From a virus (lineage: Duplodnaviria; Heunggongvirae; Uroviricota; Caudoviricetes), in the IMG/VR virus record IMGVR_UViG_3300029720_000461: a DNA stretch of 64,000 nucleotides; one strand, written 5' to 3'. Position 1 is the stretch's first letter. Every line of letters begins with the position of its first letter. The position numbers and the translations under genes are program-made. The notes under the pieces are model-generated. The model was not told the origin of the DNA. It ran no database searches and saw only the letters and a list, made by a program, of their open reading frames with translations. Positions 39,646-51,400 of the stretch are shown piece after piece.

Positions 39646-41201
39646 TGGAAGGAAATATAAAAACAACATATGATAATGATAAAAAGCCTAATCTGTTTGA
39701 AGAAAAACTGGTGCAGATATTACATTATTTTTCATTCAAGCAAATGAAGAAAGATATCTATGATTACGGATACAGCATTTCACCTTTTAAATATTTCCTT
39801 GGATTTGTGGTCGGAATAATTCTTGTTGCAGCATACTGTATATTCAGTAAGCTTGATTTTGTATACATAATATTTGAAATTGTACTTCTGATATGCCTTA
39901 TGCCATTTATAGTAAGAACGAAATTTAAAGGAATGTATCAGGAAAAAAGATTTAATGAAGTTGATATATACCTGCATCAGATGATTTTTTCATTTCAGAA
40001 GCAGCCTAAAATATTATCTTCATTGGAAGATACAGAGAAGGTAAGTACAGGAAAGTTAAAAAATGTAATAAGAAAAGCAATAATCTGTTTAAGACAGACA
40101 GAAGCAGCGGATGCATATGAAGAAGCTCTTGATATCATATACAAGGCATATCCAAATGACCGAATAAAAAACTTAAATAAGTTTATGATACAGATTGAAA
40201 GACAGGGCGGTAATTATGGAACTTCACTTGATATTCTGCTAGGGGATATTGATAACTGGGTAAACAGAACATATAAGGAACAGACAACTGTTAAAACAAT
40301 AAAGACCACGATTGTTATAGGAACAATAATAAGTTTTATCATTTCCAGTGCAAGTATGATATTTTCAATAATAATACATTACAATGATACCATGTCAATT
40401 ATGAGTTTAGGAAATCTTGAAGACATATTATTATATCAGGTAACTACTGCTATATTTATAGCCGCAAGTATGCTGTTTTTAATATATGCCTTTACAAAAT
40501 ATAATTATGACTGGATTACAAAATCGGTTGATGAAAAAAGCGTTCTAAGAAATTACAAAAACGCAACAGACTTTAATCCGACAGTTTTCAGAATAAAAAG
40601 CATTCCTGTATATCTTGTATTTGCGTCTGTGTCATTGTCAATGTTTTTTATTAATGCAGTACCGTACAACAAAGGAATATCTGTATTTTTAGGTATATTT
40701 ACATTTTATCTTATAATCAGTCCGTCATTTACCAAAAAGAGTGCTTATAAGATAACACAGAAAAATATACAGAACTCATTTTCAGAGTGGTTGAGAGATG
40801 TATCAATTAATCTTCAGAGAGAACCGTTATTATCAGCTGTAACAGACAGCTATGAAAACTGTCCTGTCGCAATAAAGCCGGAGCTTGAAATATTTATCAG
40901 ACGAATACAGGAAGAGCCTACGGCAGTTGAACCGTATTATGAGTTCTTGGCTAGATTTCATTTAACTGATGTATCAAGTGCCGTGCGAAATCTTTATTCA
41001 TTGTCAGATATGGATGATGAACGTAAGGAAGAAAACCTTGGACAGCTCACAAAGCGTAATTATGCAATAATTAATGACAATGAGATAAAATCAATGAATG
41101 ACACAACATCTGCAATGCGTTTTTCTGAATACATACCAGTGTTTATTGCATGTGGAAAGCTTGCATTTGATATTATGAATCTTTTGGAATGTATGATGTA
41201 A
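39645..41201 (+). CDS. TadB/TadC-like (T2SS-F family) polytopic membrane protein
   Basis: 518 aa, several TM-helix clusters, directly downstream of and coupled to the CpaF-like ATPase. Confidence 0.45.
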   Translation: MEGNIKTTYDNDKKPNLFEEKLVQILHYFSFKQMKKDIYDYGYSISPFKYFLGFVVGIILVAAYCIFSKLDFVYIIFEIVLLICLMPFIVRTKFKGMYQEKRFNEVDIYLHQMIFSFQKQPKILSSLEDTEKVSTGKLKNVIRKAIICLRQTEAADAYEEALDIIYKAYPNDRIKNLNKFMIQIERQGGNYGTSLDILLGDIDNWVNRTYKEQTTVKTIKTTIVIGTIISFIISSASMIFSIIIHYNDTMSIMSLGNLEDILLYQVTTAIFIAASMLFLIYAFTKYNYDWITKSVDEKSVLRNYKNATDFNPTVFRIKSIPVYLVFASVSLSMFFINAVPYNKGISVFLGIFTFYLIISPSFTKKSAYKITQKNIQNSFSEWLRDVSINLQREPLLSAVTDSYENCPVAIKPELEIFIRRIQEEPTAVEPYYEFLARFHLTDVSSAVRNLYSLSDMDDERKEENLGQLTKRNYAIINDNEIKSMNDTTSAMRFSEYIPVFIACGKLAFDIMNLLECMM

Positions 41202-41217
41202 AGGAGTGAACAGATTT

Positions 41218-41325
41218 ATGGATGAGATTATAGAGCTTTATGGAGATTTTATACTTGGAATTATGGGGCTTGTAACACCGATAACAATATTTTCATTTGC
41301 ATTATTTAAGGTGCTTATGGCATAG
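41218..41325 (+). CDS. mini-pilin-like hydrophobic peptide (35 aa)
   Basis: MDEIIELYGDFILGIMGLVTPITIFSFALFKVLMA; AAAGGAG RBS; Flp-pilin-like size and position. Confidence 0.4.
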   Translation: MDEIIELYGDFILGIMGLVTPITIFSFALFKVLMA

Positions 41326-41339
41326 GGGGAAGAAACAAT

Positions 41340-41477
41340 ATGGGTGAAATAATTGATGTATATGGTGATGCAATAAAAGTATTTTTTGGAGTAGCATTAG
41401 CAGGCGGTTTAATGGCTGCCTGCGGCTACCTTTATGGGCAGACAATTACAAATGTATTTACGGCATTACTAGGCTAA
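41340..41477 (+). CDS. mini-pilin-like hydrophobic peptide (45 aa), paralog of preceding
   Basis: MGEIIDVYGDAIKVFFGVALAGGLMAACGY...; shares the (D/G)EIIxxYGD N-terminus with the 41218 peptide. Confidence 0.4.
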   Translation: MGEIIDVYGDAIKVFFGVALAGGLMAACGYLYGQTITNVFTALLG

Positions 41478-41502
41478 TTAAGCGGAAAAAGGAAGAATAA
41501 TT

Positions 41503-42072
41503 ATGAAAATAGTATTAGAATCAAGCATATATGCCATATTTCTTGCAATCATATGTTTTATAAGCTGTGACCTTATAATGATGAATATGAAGGTATCAAA
41601 GGTAAATGAAGATGTACAGTATGTAGAAAATTATATTGAAGCATATGGAACAGCAGAAACAGAAAATGATAAAAAAATATATGTATGGTATAAAGCAGAT
41701 GAAAACGGAAATACAGTATATGAAACTGTAAAAAGTAACGGAAAAGATGTAACAAGACCGGCAGTATTATATAAAGGCATGGCTGCGGATTCATATGAGG
41801 CACAGTATAAGGCTTATATCAACAGCACTGTAAAAGCAGAATATAGAAACAACATAAATACCAAAGGTATTCCCATGCTTAAGGAAGACGCTCTTGCAGC
41901 TTTGCAGGAAGTATTAAAGAAAAACGGAATGGAGCTTAATATAAAGTATATAGACGAAACAAACTCATATGTGTATATGGAATATACGGTAAGCTACAGG
42001 CTGTCAAGTGGATTCATTAAATATAATAAAGTACATAATTATACAGGGATTGCAAGATTTTCAGCGGTATAG
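41503..42072 (+). CDS. TadE/TadG-like pseudopilin (N-terminal TM)
   Basis: N-terminal hydrophobic helix MKIVLESSIYAIFLAIICFISCDLIMM followed by a soluble domain. Confidence 0.4.
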   Translation: MKIVLESSIYAIFLAIICFISCDLIMMNMKVSKVNEDVQYVENYIEAYGTAETENDKKIYVWYKADENGNTVYETVKSNGKDVTRPAVLYKGMAADSYEAQYKAYINSTVKAEYRNNINTKGIPMLKEDALAALQEVLKKNGMELNIKYIDETNSYVYMEYTVSYRLSSGFIKYNKVHNYTGIARFSAV

Positions 42073-42101
42073 AATTAAGCGACCATTAAAAGGAGAAGAG
42101 T

Positions 42102-42596
42102 ATGAAACTTATTATGACATCAGGTGGGCTTATAGTGAGCATAATGCTGATAATTTTTATACATTTAACAGTAGTAAGTGACAATATTATTGAGCATGAA
42201 ACAAGCAGCTCACTTAATTCAAGTATGGATTATGCGTATGATAAAATGATGGATGATTATGAAGATATAAGCTTTGTAGAGTATTATAAATCACCATGTT
42301 TTGTATGGTTTGACAGTGATGGTTTTATTAAACATATATCTAAGGATAATACATATAATAATGCTACGGGTACATATTATGAAAAAGGTGAAGACGTTCT
42401 TACAGATGATTTAATGAAAAAATTCTGTGAAATACTACAGAGCCGTATAAAGAGTGAAAATTCAGAATTGACAGTACAGCTTGTGTATAGGGATTTTGAT
42501 ACCGGTACAATGCAGATAAGGGTAATTGAAAAATATACAACACCTGCACATGTAACTAAAAGCTGTTTTTTTGAAAAGACATATAGTTTGATATAA
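42102..42596 (+). CDS. TadE/TadG-like pseudopilin (N-terminal TM)
   Basis: N-terminal TM LIVSIMLIIFIHLTVV; size and position. Confidence 0.35.
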   Translation: MKLIMTSGGLIVSIMLIIFIHLTVVSDNIIEHETSSSLNSSMDYAYDKMMDDYEDISFVEYYKSPCFVWFDSDGFIKHISKDNTYNNATGTYYEKGEDVLTDDLMKKFCEILQSRIKSENSELTVQLVYRDFDTGTMQIRVIEKYTTPAHVTKSCFFEKTYSLI

Positions 42597-42607
42597 ATAA
42601 GAAGGCT

Positions 42608-42643
42608 GTCTGATTATTACAGACAGTCTTTTTTAAATTATCA
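42608..42643 (+). terminator. rho-independent terminator
   Basis: ctgtctg-attatta-cagacag + TCTTTTTT; shares ggctgtctgatta with the terminator at 45127. Confidence 0.6.
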
Positions 42644-42775
42644 ACAGAAAATCTGTTTTTAAATTATAAAGAGCTTTATTTTTATAGCTTGTAAAAGCTC
42701 ATAAAAAACTGTATGATTTAAAAGAAGAGATTGAAAACAAGAAATTAAATTAATTATAAAATTTTATTATTTTTG

Positions 42776-42804
42776 TTGACATGTACCGTAATAAGGTATA
42801 TAAT
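42776..42804 (+). promoter_or_regulatory. sigma70-type promoter (TTGACA-17-TATAAT)
   Basis: Perfect consensus hexamers; spacer contains ataaggta, also in the 53329 promoter. Confidence 0.6.
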
Positions 42805-42853
42805 ATAATCAAAGTTAAGGAAGAAACATTCATAAACAAGTGAGGTAATTGAT

Positions 42854-43954
42854 ATGAGAAAGAACATATTTAAAACAACAGTAATAGCAATGGCAGTACT
42901 TACAGTAGCCTTTGGAATGACAGCCTGTGGTAATAAAAAGGCAGGTAACACTGATGCTACACAGGTTAAACAGGAACAGCCAAGTGTAGCTGATAATAAT
43001 AATACAGCTAAGACAAAGACAGGCATTGTAACATTTACAGCAACAGATACAGACGGTAATACTGTAACACTTGAGGGTAAAGCAGTAGTACAGGCAGATG
43101 GAAGTGCTGAAATAGAAGTTACTGACAATGCAGGTAATAAGGTGACATTCACAGGTAAGGGGAATGTTAAAGATGATAAGATTACTGTAACAGATGTGAA
43201 GGTAAAGGATGCAGGAACACTTGTAAAGGCAGATGGTACTGAAATCAAGATTACAACAGATACTAAGACTGAGAAAGCAGAAGAAAGCACTGGTAGTTCA
43301 GAAACTTCAGATGTAAAGGTATCAGAAGATGTAATTAAAGAAGTAGAGACAGCTAAGGAAGAAGAAAGCAAGGCTGATAACAATGTAATTGTAGGAGATA
43401 ATACTTCAGACAATAAGACTGATGTACCTGAACAGTCAGATAATGGTAGTTCAGATAATGGTACAGTAGAACCTACACCTGAACCTACTCCAGAGCCACA
43501 GCCTACTCCTGAACCAACACCTACACCAGTTGAACCTGAACCACAGCCAGAACCTACTCCTGAGCCAACACCTGAGCCAGAAGAACCTGATGTGCAGACT
43601 AAAACACCAGTATATTGTATGATGAATTTCAGAACAAGTGACGGATATGAAGATACAGAAGGTGGAGTTGGTGAATATATTTTTAAGAAATATATTAACG
43701 GTGAAATCACTGAATCAGAAGCAGAAAGCCTTATGCTTAACGGAGCATTAATTAATATTAAGGTAAGATATGATGACGGTTCAGAAGAAATAATTGATGA
43801 AATTAAACCTAAGTCAGTGAAAATGTATATTATAGATGATGATGAGGATGAAGGGGTTGGAAGCTGGCATATACCCGGATACACATATGTAGATTATTCT
43901 CGTTGGAGTACTTTACATGCTGAATATTATATCCTTATCTATTATGATATCTGA
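42854..43954 (+). CDS. lipoprotein with Pro/Thr/Glu-rich linker
   Basis: Lipobox AFGMTAC; (PTPE)n linker; AGGTAATTGAT RBS. Confidence 0.6.
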   Translation: MRKNIFKTTVIAMAVLTVAFGMTACGNKKAGNTDATQVKQEQPSVADNNNTAKTKTGIVTFTATDTDGNTVTLEGKAVVQADGSAEIEVTDNAGNKVTFTGKGNVKDDKITVTDVKVKDAGTLVKADGTEIKITTDTKTEKAEESTGSSETSDVKVSEDVIKEVETAKEEESKADNNVIVGDNTSDNKTDVPEQSDNGSSDNGTVEPTPEPTPEPQPTPEPTPTPVEPEPQPEPTPEPTPEPEEPDVQTKTPVYCMMNFRTSDGYEDTEGGVGEYIFKKYINGEITESEAESLMLNGALINIKVRYDDGSEEIIDEIKPKSVKMYIIDDDEDEGVGSWHIPGYTYVDYSRWSTLHAEYYILIYYDI

Positions 43955-44319
43955 TGAATAAATAGAATAATAATGAAACAATGAGACTGTCATAAATGCA
44001 GATTGCATAAATGGCAGTCTCTTGATAAAAAGATAATAGCAAAGGAGAATAACATTATGAGAAAAGCATATGGGAATATTATTTTAGAAGAAAGAAATTG
44101 GTAACTATACAGAAGTAGCATTTACTTATCTCAGACCATGATAGGCAAAATATATAAAACAATAAGTAAGGGGTTGTGAATCATCATAGCCCTTTATTTT
44201 TATATATGAGGGAATAATATTGTATAAAAAAATAATAAATAACACAAAATAACAGTATCTATTATTTATAACGTATGATAATATAATAGTGAAAAGAAGT
44301 GCTTATGGAGGTGATTGAC

Positions 44320-44478
44320 ATGATTAAAAGAAATGTTTTACCTATTAGAGTAGAATTACCTGTTATATCAGCAGAAAAAAGTGATTCTTTTATAAGGTTA
44401 GCAAATAAAACAAAATTAAGTAAACAATCATTAAAAAAATGTGCAAATACTCTTAATAAGTTTAATCGTGTAAAATGA
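44320..44478 (+). CDS. small putative antitoxin (DUF1778/RHH-like)
   Basis: 52 aa; ...SAEKSDSFIRLANKTKLSKQSLKK...; overlaps the downstream GNAT-like gene by 4 nt. Confidence 0.3.
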   Translation: MIKRNVLPIRVELPVISAEKSDSFIRLANKTKLSKQSLKKCANTLNKFNRVK

Positions 44479-45110
44479 TGAAAAATAGAAAATATATAGA
44501 TGATTTTAATTTTAATATAAGGATTTTTTCTGAAAAAGATAGGATTCTTGCTCAATCGTTTAATACTGGAAAAGAATATCCAGAAAAAGGAATTGGCGAC
44601 TATCTTAAGTCTGATGAAATTTTTAAAGATATGGCAAGTAGTGATGCAATAACATACATTGTAACATGCATCAATAAGATTAATGACACAGAAGAAATAG
44701 TTGCATATTTTTCTATAACGTCTTCATCTTTACCATATTTTTATAGAGATATTGATGATTCAGGAAATTATGTTATAAGCGATATTTTATGTGGAATATC
44801 AGCAATAAAAATTAATATGTTTGGAGTTGATTGTAAATTTCAAAATGTATTTTATAAAGATAGTATTGAAGAAAAGCCTGTATCAGCATGGATTTTTGAA
44901 GCTATTATTGGTATGATTGATGAAATGGCAACAAATACATTGGGAATAAAAGCAATTTACCTTCATACATTGCCTAGTGCTAAAGATTTTTATTGTAAAA
45001 ATTATATGAAGCCCGCAGGAAGTTATTTTTATCCATTAAGTGATAATGATGATGAATTAGAAATTCTCTATACACTAATTAGAGAAGTAAAAGGATTAAA
45101 TGGTAAATAA
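44475..45110 (+). CDS. GNAT-family acetyltransferase-like protein (possible TacT-like toxin)
   Basis: GNAT-like segments VAYFSITSS, GISAIKINMFGVDCKFQN, AIYLHTLPSAKDFYCKNYMKPA. Confidence 0.35.
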   Translation: MMKNRKYIDDFNFNIRIFSEKDRILAQSFNTGKEYPEKGIGDYLKSDEIFKDMASSDAITYIVTCINKINDTEEIVAYFSITSSSLPYFYRDIDDSGNYVISDILCGISAIKINMFGVDCKFQNVFYKDSIEEKPVSAWIFEAIIGMIDEMATNTLGIKAIYLHTLPSAKDFYCKNYMKPAGSYFYPLSDNDDELEILYTLIREVKGLNGK

Positions 45111-45126
45111 TATAAATTTTAGGCTG

Positions 45127-45166
45127 TCTGATTAATTTCAGGCAGTCTTTTTTTATGCTCTGAACA
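45127..45166 (+). terminator. rho-independent terminator
   Basis: aggctgtctgattaatttcaggcagtc + TTTTTTTAT. Confidence 0.5.
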
Positions 45167-45425
45167 ATAAAAAAGCCTTAATGCAACACATAAAGATACT
45201 AAAAAATGTAACATAACTATTATAGGCAGATATTTTTACATAAAATTCATCAAAAATGATTATAGTGTCTGTCATATATAAGATGTAGTAGTTGTAGGAA
45301 GATATTTTTAAAATAGATATGTAAATTTATCCCTTAAAAAATAATATCTTACACTATTATAATACAGGCTTAATATAGCCAAGTCAGCTAAGAGAAAGAC
45401 TTAGCAGGAAGGAGAAAGAGAGATT

Positions 45426-48400
45426 ATGAAATTAAAGAGAACTTTTAAGACACTGTTAATGATAATCGCAACAGTAATGAGTGTTGTATCAGGCATACTT
45501 ATTGATTCAGGAACACTTGCATATGCAGCCACGACTTATACCTTAACGCTTAACTGGGATGATGGTGTTGAATGGGTTGCTACTGATAAAGATGGTATTT
45601 ACAGGTGGGAAAAAGGCGGTTCAAAGACATTTCAGGCAGGTTCTAAGGCTTATACTTATGTCAAGCTTAAAAATGGTGCAACAGTCAAATCATTCTTTTC
45701 AAGGCAGGAAAATAAAGACTGGACTGATTATACATATACGTCAGGAAGCATATGCTATGATACATGGACAATGTACAATAACAGAAACGTGGACATATAT
45801 ACATCTGTATCATCTTCAGCAGATGTGTCTTATGACTGGGATAACCTCGTAACAAGCTCAAAACATTATCATTCAAGCAATGGAAATGAAGCATCTTGGA
45901 GTAATTTAAGGGATGACCTTGGAAGGTCTCCTGCACCGATTTATTCAATTTACTATAAGCTACAGGAAAATAGGTACAGGGAAACCTGCTATGGAGATAA
46001 TCAGGAAGATAAAGACTTCGGCGGTTATGAAATAATGTTAAGGACAGAAGACAGCCATAACAGTTATTGGTATGGACAGTCCTCATATGCAAATGGAGAT
46101 AGATTTGACGACTGGTACAGGGATGAATTTGAAGGAATAAAGCTTTCAAATCTTGCAATTGTACCTGTCCAGATAAAGGGAGATAAGTTTTTACAGATTA
46201 ACATAAGCGTTAAGAACACCAATTCATATGCAAAAGAAATATCACTGGCAACATGCAGTGATATACAGGTTGCAGATGATGATAATGCAGCTACATTCTT
46301 TAATGGTAACGGCTTTACAATGACAAACATGTACTGCGAAACATCAGACAATTATCATGGTGGCACAATTCCTGCGGCAACACTTAATGTATATGCGAAG
46401 GATGTACCGGGATATGTAACTGATGCGGATGCAGTATATATAGGACATTTTGTATACAGAAAAGAGCATGTATGGTTAAACAATGTACTTGGTGATAAGG
46501 CAACGAATTATAACAAGTATAAGCATGGCGGAACATCAGGAGAAGGTGAATTGGATTCAGGTTTTTCAATTGCATGGAAGAACAGAACAATTGCAGCAGG
46601 TCAGACACAGACTTACAGCTACATCATAGGCATAGGAAAGTACAATTCAGATAATAAGATAACATTTAATGCAAATGGTGGAGAATTAAAGACTCCGGGA
46701 ACAAGCATCAATAACCCAAGCGGAAATTACAGTAATAAAGTTACGGTAACATATGGTACAGATACATATTCATCAATGAGTAATGATATACCAGAAAGAG
46801 CAGGTTATACATTTGACGGATGGTGGACAACACCTAATGACAGCAATGCAAGCGTAATGGTATATGATGCATCAGGAAAATGTAATAATGACTGTAATTA
46901 TTGGAAAAATAATCAGTGGCAGGGAACTAATGATTTAACCGTATATGCACACTGGAAAGCAAACACATATACAGTACGTCTTAACACAGGCGATATCCCG
47001 TCATCAGAATTGACAAAACTGACAGAAACAGCATCAACTGAAGGATGGACATGGAATGAGAACGGCAGATATTTTTCAAAGGCATTTGTACAGAATGAAA
47101 ATAATTACCTTCCGGGAGTAAATAAGTTCTTCAGTGCTAATAATTATGAATCAGTAGGCAGTAAAGTAACAGACAAGTATTTTGTACAGGATAAGACAAA
47201 GAATCCTACCAAGGTATTGTATAACTGGTGGACATCAGCATCAGGTGGTACTGATATAGGCAGGGGAAAAAAGATTTATAACAACTTGTATGAGATATCA
47301 AAGGACAACAGTGGAATTGTTAATCTTTATCCGCACTGGATGGGATATACAACAGTGTTTAATTACACAGACAATGCCCCTGCTAATACAGCCGGTCTAA
47401 CGGTAACAATCAACAACAGCATTAATGATGGCATGGATAACTGTCTGTATCAGGTATATGGAAGCTGTTTCTTTTATAAGGGAACAGACGGCGAGTATCA
47501 CGATTATGAAGGTACAAATCCTGACTTAAAGGTAACAGCAAGTATTCCAGACAGTAACGGATATAAATACATCTTTAATGGCTGGCATCATAAAAACTGG
47601 AATTACCTTACAGATGGATTAGGAAAGCTTACATATAAGAATAATTATAATATCGGACAGGGTAAAACTTCATACAGTTTATCACCACATTTTTCAAGAG
47701 TAGGAATTAATTATAACGTAAGACTTAACGCAAATGTACCTGATACAGAAAGTACATTACAGGTACTACATCAGAATGGAATATCATCATACATTTACAA
47801 CAGCACTAGCAGATACTTTTCAAGAGAACTTACATATGATGATTCGCAGGATATGTTATCACCTGACGTATATTCACTTAAGGGATATCATTTGGTAAGC
47901 AGAAGTAACTGGTATACGGAAAAAACAGGTGGTAATACAGTATTAGCACCATGCAATAATACGGAAGCAGAATATCCGGACTGGGCTGAAAACAACTGGA
48001 ATCTTACAACTGAAGATGGAGCAACAGTAGACCTGTATGCAAGATGGCAGGCAAATAATTATAAGATAGCATACAACTTAGATGGTGGTACATATGGTAC
48101 ATCACATCCGACAAGTGCAGACTATGATACAATGGTAACAATAGATAACCCGTCAAAGGCAGGTTATACATTTACAGGATGGACAATTACAGGGTATGAC
48201 AGTACTGCTTCAGGACACAATGCATCTGCATGGACAGAAGAGACTGGTACATCTTATAAGAATTTAACTGCAACAGACGGAGCAACAGTTACATTTACTG
48301 CTACATGGAAAAAGGAAGCTCCTAAGACAGCTAATTTACAGACAACAGGTGATGTGGGAATAAAAGCAACATCACATTCTGATAAGACTGTTGTAAATAT

Positions 48401-51400
48401 TGGAAGCCATGTACAGGTAAGTGCAGTTCTTAATACCGGTTATGTATTTAAGGGATGGTACAATGGAAATGTTAAGGTATCTGATGATTTAAGCTTTGTA
48501 TATACAATGCCTAATAAAGATACGATACTTACAGCTAAGACAGAGATTAAATGGTATACAATGACATTTGACCCAAATGGCGGTATATTAAAGAATCCCG
48601 GTAATAATCTTTATAATGCAGAGTGGAAGAATGGAAACACCGTGTCAGTTGGATGGAATATAAACGACTTCTGTTACATGAATGGTGATATACCAACACG
48701 AAAAGGCTACAGATTTACAGGCTGGTATCTGGGAAGTGAAAGCGTATATAATAAGTACGGAATAGCAATAAAAAATTCAAGCCTTTACAGTTATGATACA
48801 GATTATCATTGGAGATATGATGGAAATGTAACAGTAAAAGCAGGATGGGATGCTATAAATTACAAGATATCATACAAAGTAGTCACTGGTGCAGGAAGCA
48901 TACCTTCACAGACAGTACATTATGGTGATTCATTCACATTGGCAGATGGAAATGCATTTACATATACAGGACATACATTTAGCCACTGGTATGTAAGACG
49001 AAGCTCTGATAAGAAAGTATTCTGTTATGATGGTAACTGGCATACTACAGATGGAAGTGACTTGTATGGTTCAGATGTTTCAAACTGGTATCCGTATAAT
49101 AATAGTGGACTTACATTTGAAATGAATGATTCATGGATAAGAAGTGACATAGATGCAGATGAAGAATTTGTTTTCTGGGGATTCTGGGCAGCAGATGAAT
49201 ATAATATCATTTATAACTTAAATGGTGGTACATTAAATGGTAAGACTAATCCAGATACTTATAATATAGAAACACCTACATTTACACTTAATAATCCAAC
49301 AAGAACAGGATATATATTTGCAGGATGGTGTGAAAGTAAAGATACATCATATGTATATAACAGAAATGCTAATGAAGTTATTAAAAAAGATGAGTCAGAT
49401 TCAACATCCTGCTTTATCCCTGAATGTTATGCGTCTTTAGATTACGCACCAGTATTTGACCCTGCATATTATCTTGCAAAATATCCGGATTTAAAATCGG
49501 CATACGGAGATGATGCAAATAAAGCATTAAGCCATTTTGTAAAGTACGGAATGAAAGAAGGTCGTCAGGGTTCAGCAGAATTTGAAGTGAATGCATATAA
49601 AGCCAAGTATAAAGATTTAAAAGATGCGTTTGGTGATAATTTGCCGAAATATTATATACACTATATACTGGCAGGCAAATCAGAAGGAAGAACGATATCA
49701 CAAGCATCAATTAGTATATATCAGGGAAGCATAGGTAACAGAACTTATACTGCTACATGGACACCTATTAATTATACAATCAACTATGACCTTAATGGTG
49801 GAACAGTTGCGGTAAGTAATCCTACAAGTTACAATATTGAAACACCTACATTTGCTCTTAATAATCCTATCAGATTAGGATATGTGTTTGCCGGATGGAC
49901 AGGCAGCAATGGTACTACACCACAGAAAAATGTAAGTATATATAAAGGCAGTACAGGAAACAAGTTTTATAAAGCTAACTGGACAGCGGCAGATGTAGGA
50001 TATACCGTTAATCATTATGTAATGGATATAAATGGTAATTATCCAAGTACACCTACAAAGACAGAAAGACTGTCAGGATTTACGGATACTTCAGTTACAG
50101 CAAAAAGATTAAGCCTTGGAAACGGATTTACTTATCCTGATGTACAGACTGTAAAAATAAAAGCAGATGGAACTACGGTAGTAAAATATTACTATACAAG
50201 AAACAAATACACATTAGACCTTAACGGACTTATAAATGGAACACTAAGGGGAAATCTTGTAGACGTAGTAAAAAATCCGATAACAGGAGCAGAAGACAGA
50301 CATACAGCCGGTACAGCGGTTGTTACTGTAAATGGAACTGTTGTAGGAAATAAAGTCACTGATTACTGTAATGAAGTTTACTATGGAAGCAGTATAAGCA
50401 TTATCACAACAGCTGAAAGCGGATATAATATTATTGATAACAGTAATGTAAACTTTAAAATGCCGGCTGAAGGCAAAACTGTAACAGTTACAATAAATGC
50501 AAAAGATACCAAGTATCTTGTAAGGCACTGGAAGAAAAATGTTAATACTGACAGTAAGACTTATAATGAAAACAGTTTAAATGACAGCAATTATACAATG
50601 TATGATGCTGAATATTTAAACGGCAAGGCATACAGCTGGGTAAAACCTGTTGTAAGGACACTGGAAGGATTTACATATAAAGGAGTTCTTCCAAGTGAAG
50701 GAACGGCTTATGTGAAGCCTGACGGTACAACAGTAATTGATGTGTATTATGCAAGAAATACATATACAATAAATGGTGGTAACGTAAATGCCAATGTTGA
50801 ATATGGTAACGGAATAAGCAGTGTAAGCGGATTAAAGACATATGAATATGAGCAGAAGGTAACACTTACGGCTAATTTAAAAACAGGATATCACTGGCAT
50901 GGTACAGATAAATGTGCTTCATCAGGTAAGTATCCTACAGGCTGGTATAGCAGAAACAATTCAGGTGTTGACGGCATCTTAACAGACAATACAACATATA
51001 ATTCACAGACAATTAAGTTTAATATGCCTGCAAGAAATGTTTATCTTGGAGTTAAGGCTACAAACAACAGCTATACGGTTGTATATAATAAAAATCAGCC
51101 GGTAGAGCCTAAGTCAATAAGTAACGTAACAGGAAGCACTGAAAGCCAGACATTTATTTATGATGAGAGTCAGAATTTAAGGAATAACGGATTTACTCTT
51201 ACAGGTTATACAAGAAAGTCAGGCTGGATGACAAAGCCAAGTAAGAACGGTAATGGAACAGCAGATTTTTCTTACGGACAGTCTGTAAAGAACCTTACAA
51301 CTGTTAATCTTGGTACGGTTAATCTTTATGCAATATGGGAAGACAATGCACCGGAAGAGATTAATATAAGCAGTACAAATAATTTTGCAGCCGCACAAAC

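Noticed and set aside
42754-43884. 376-aa minus-strand ORF antisense to the lipoprotein gene
   Set aside because: Low-complexity S/G/V/T-rich translation produced by the complement of the (PTPE)n linker. The + strand gene has a lipobox, RBS and consensus promoter.
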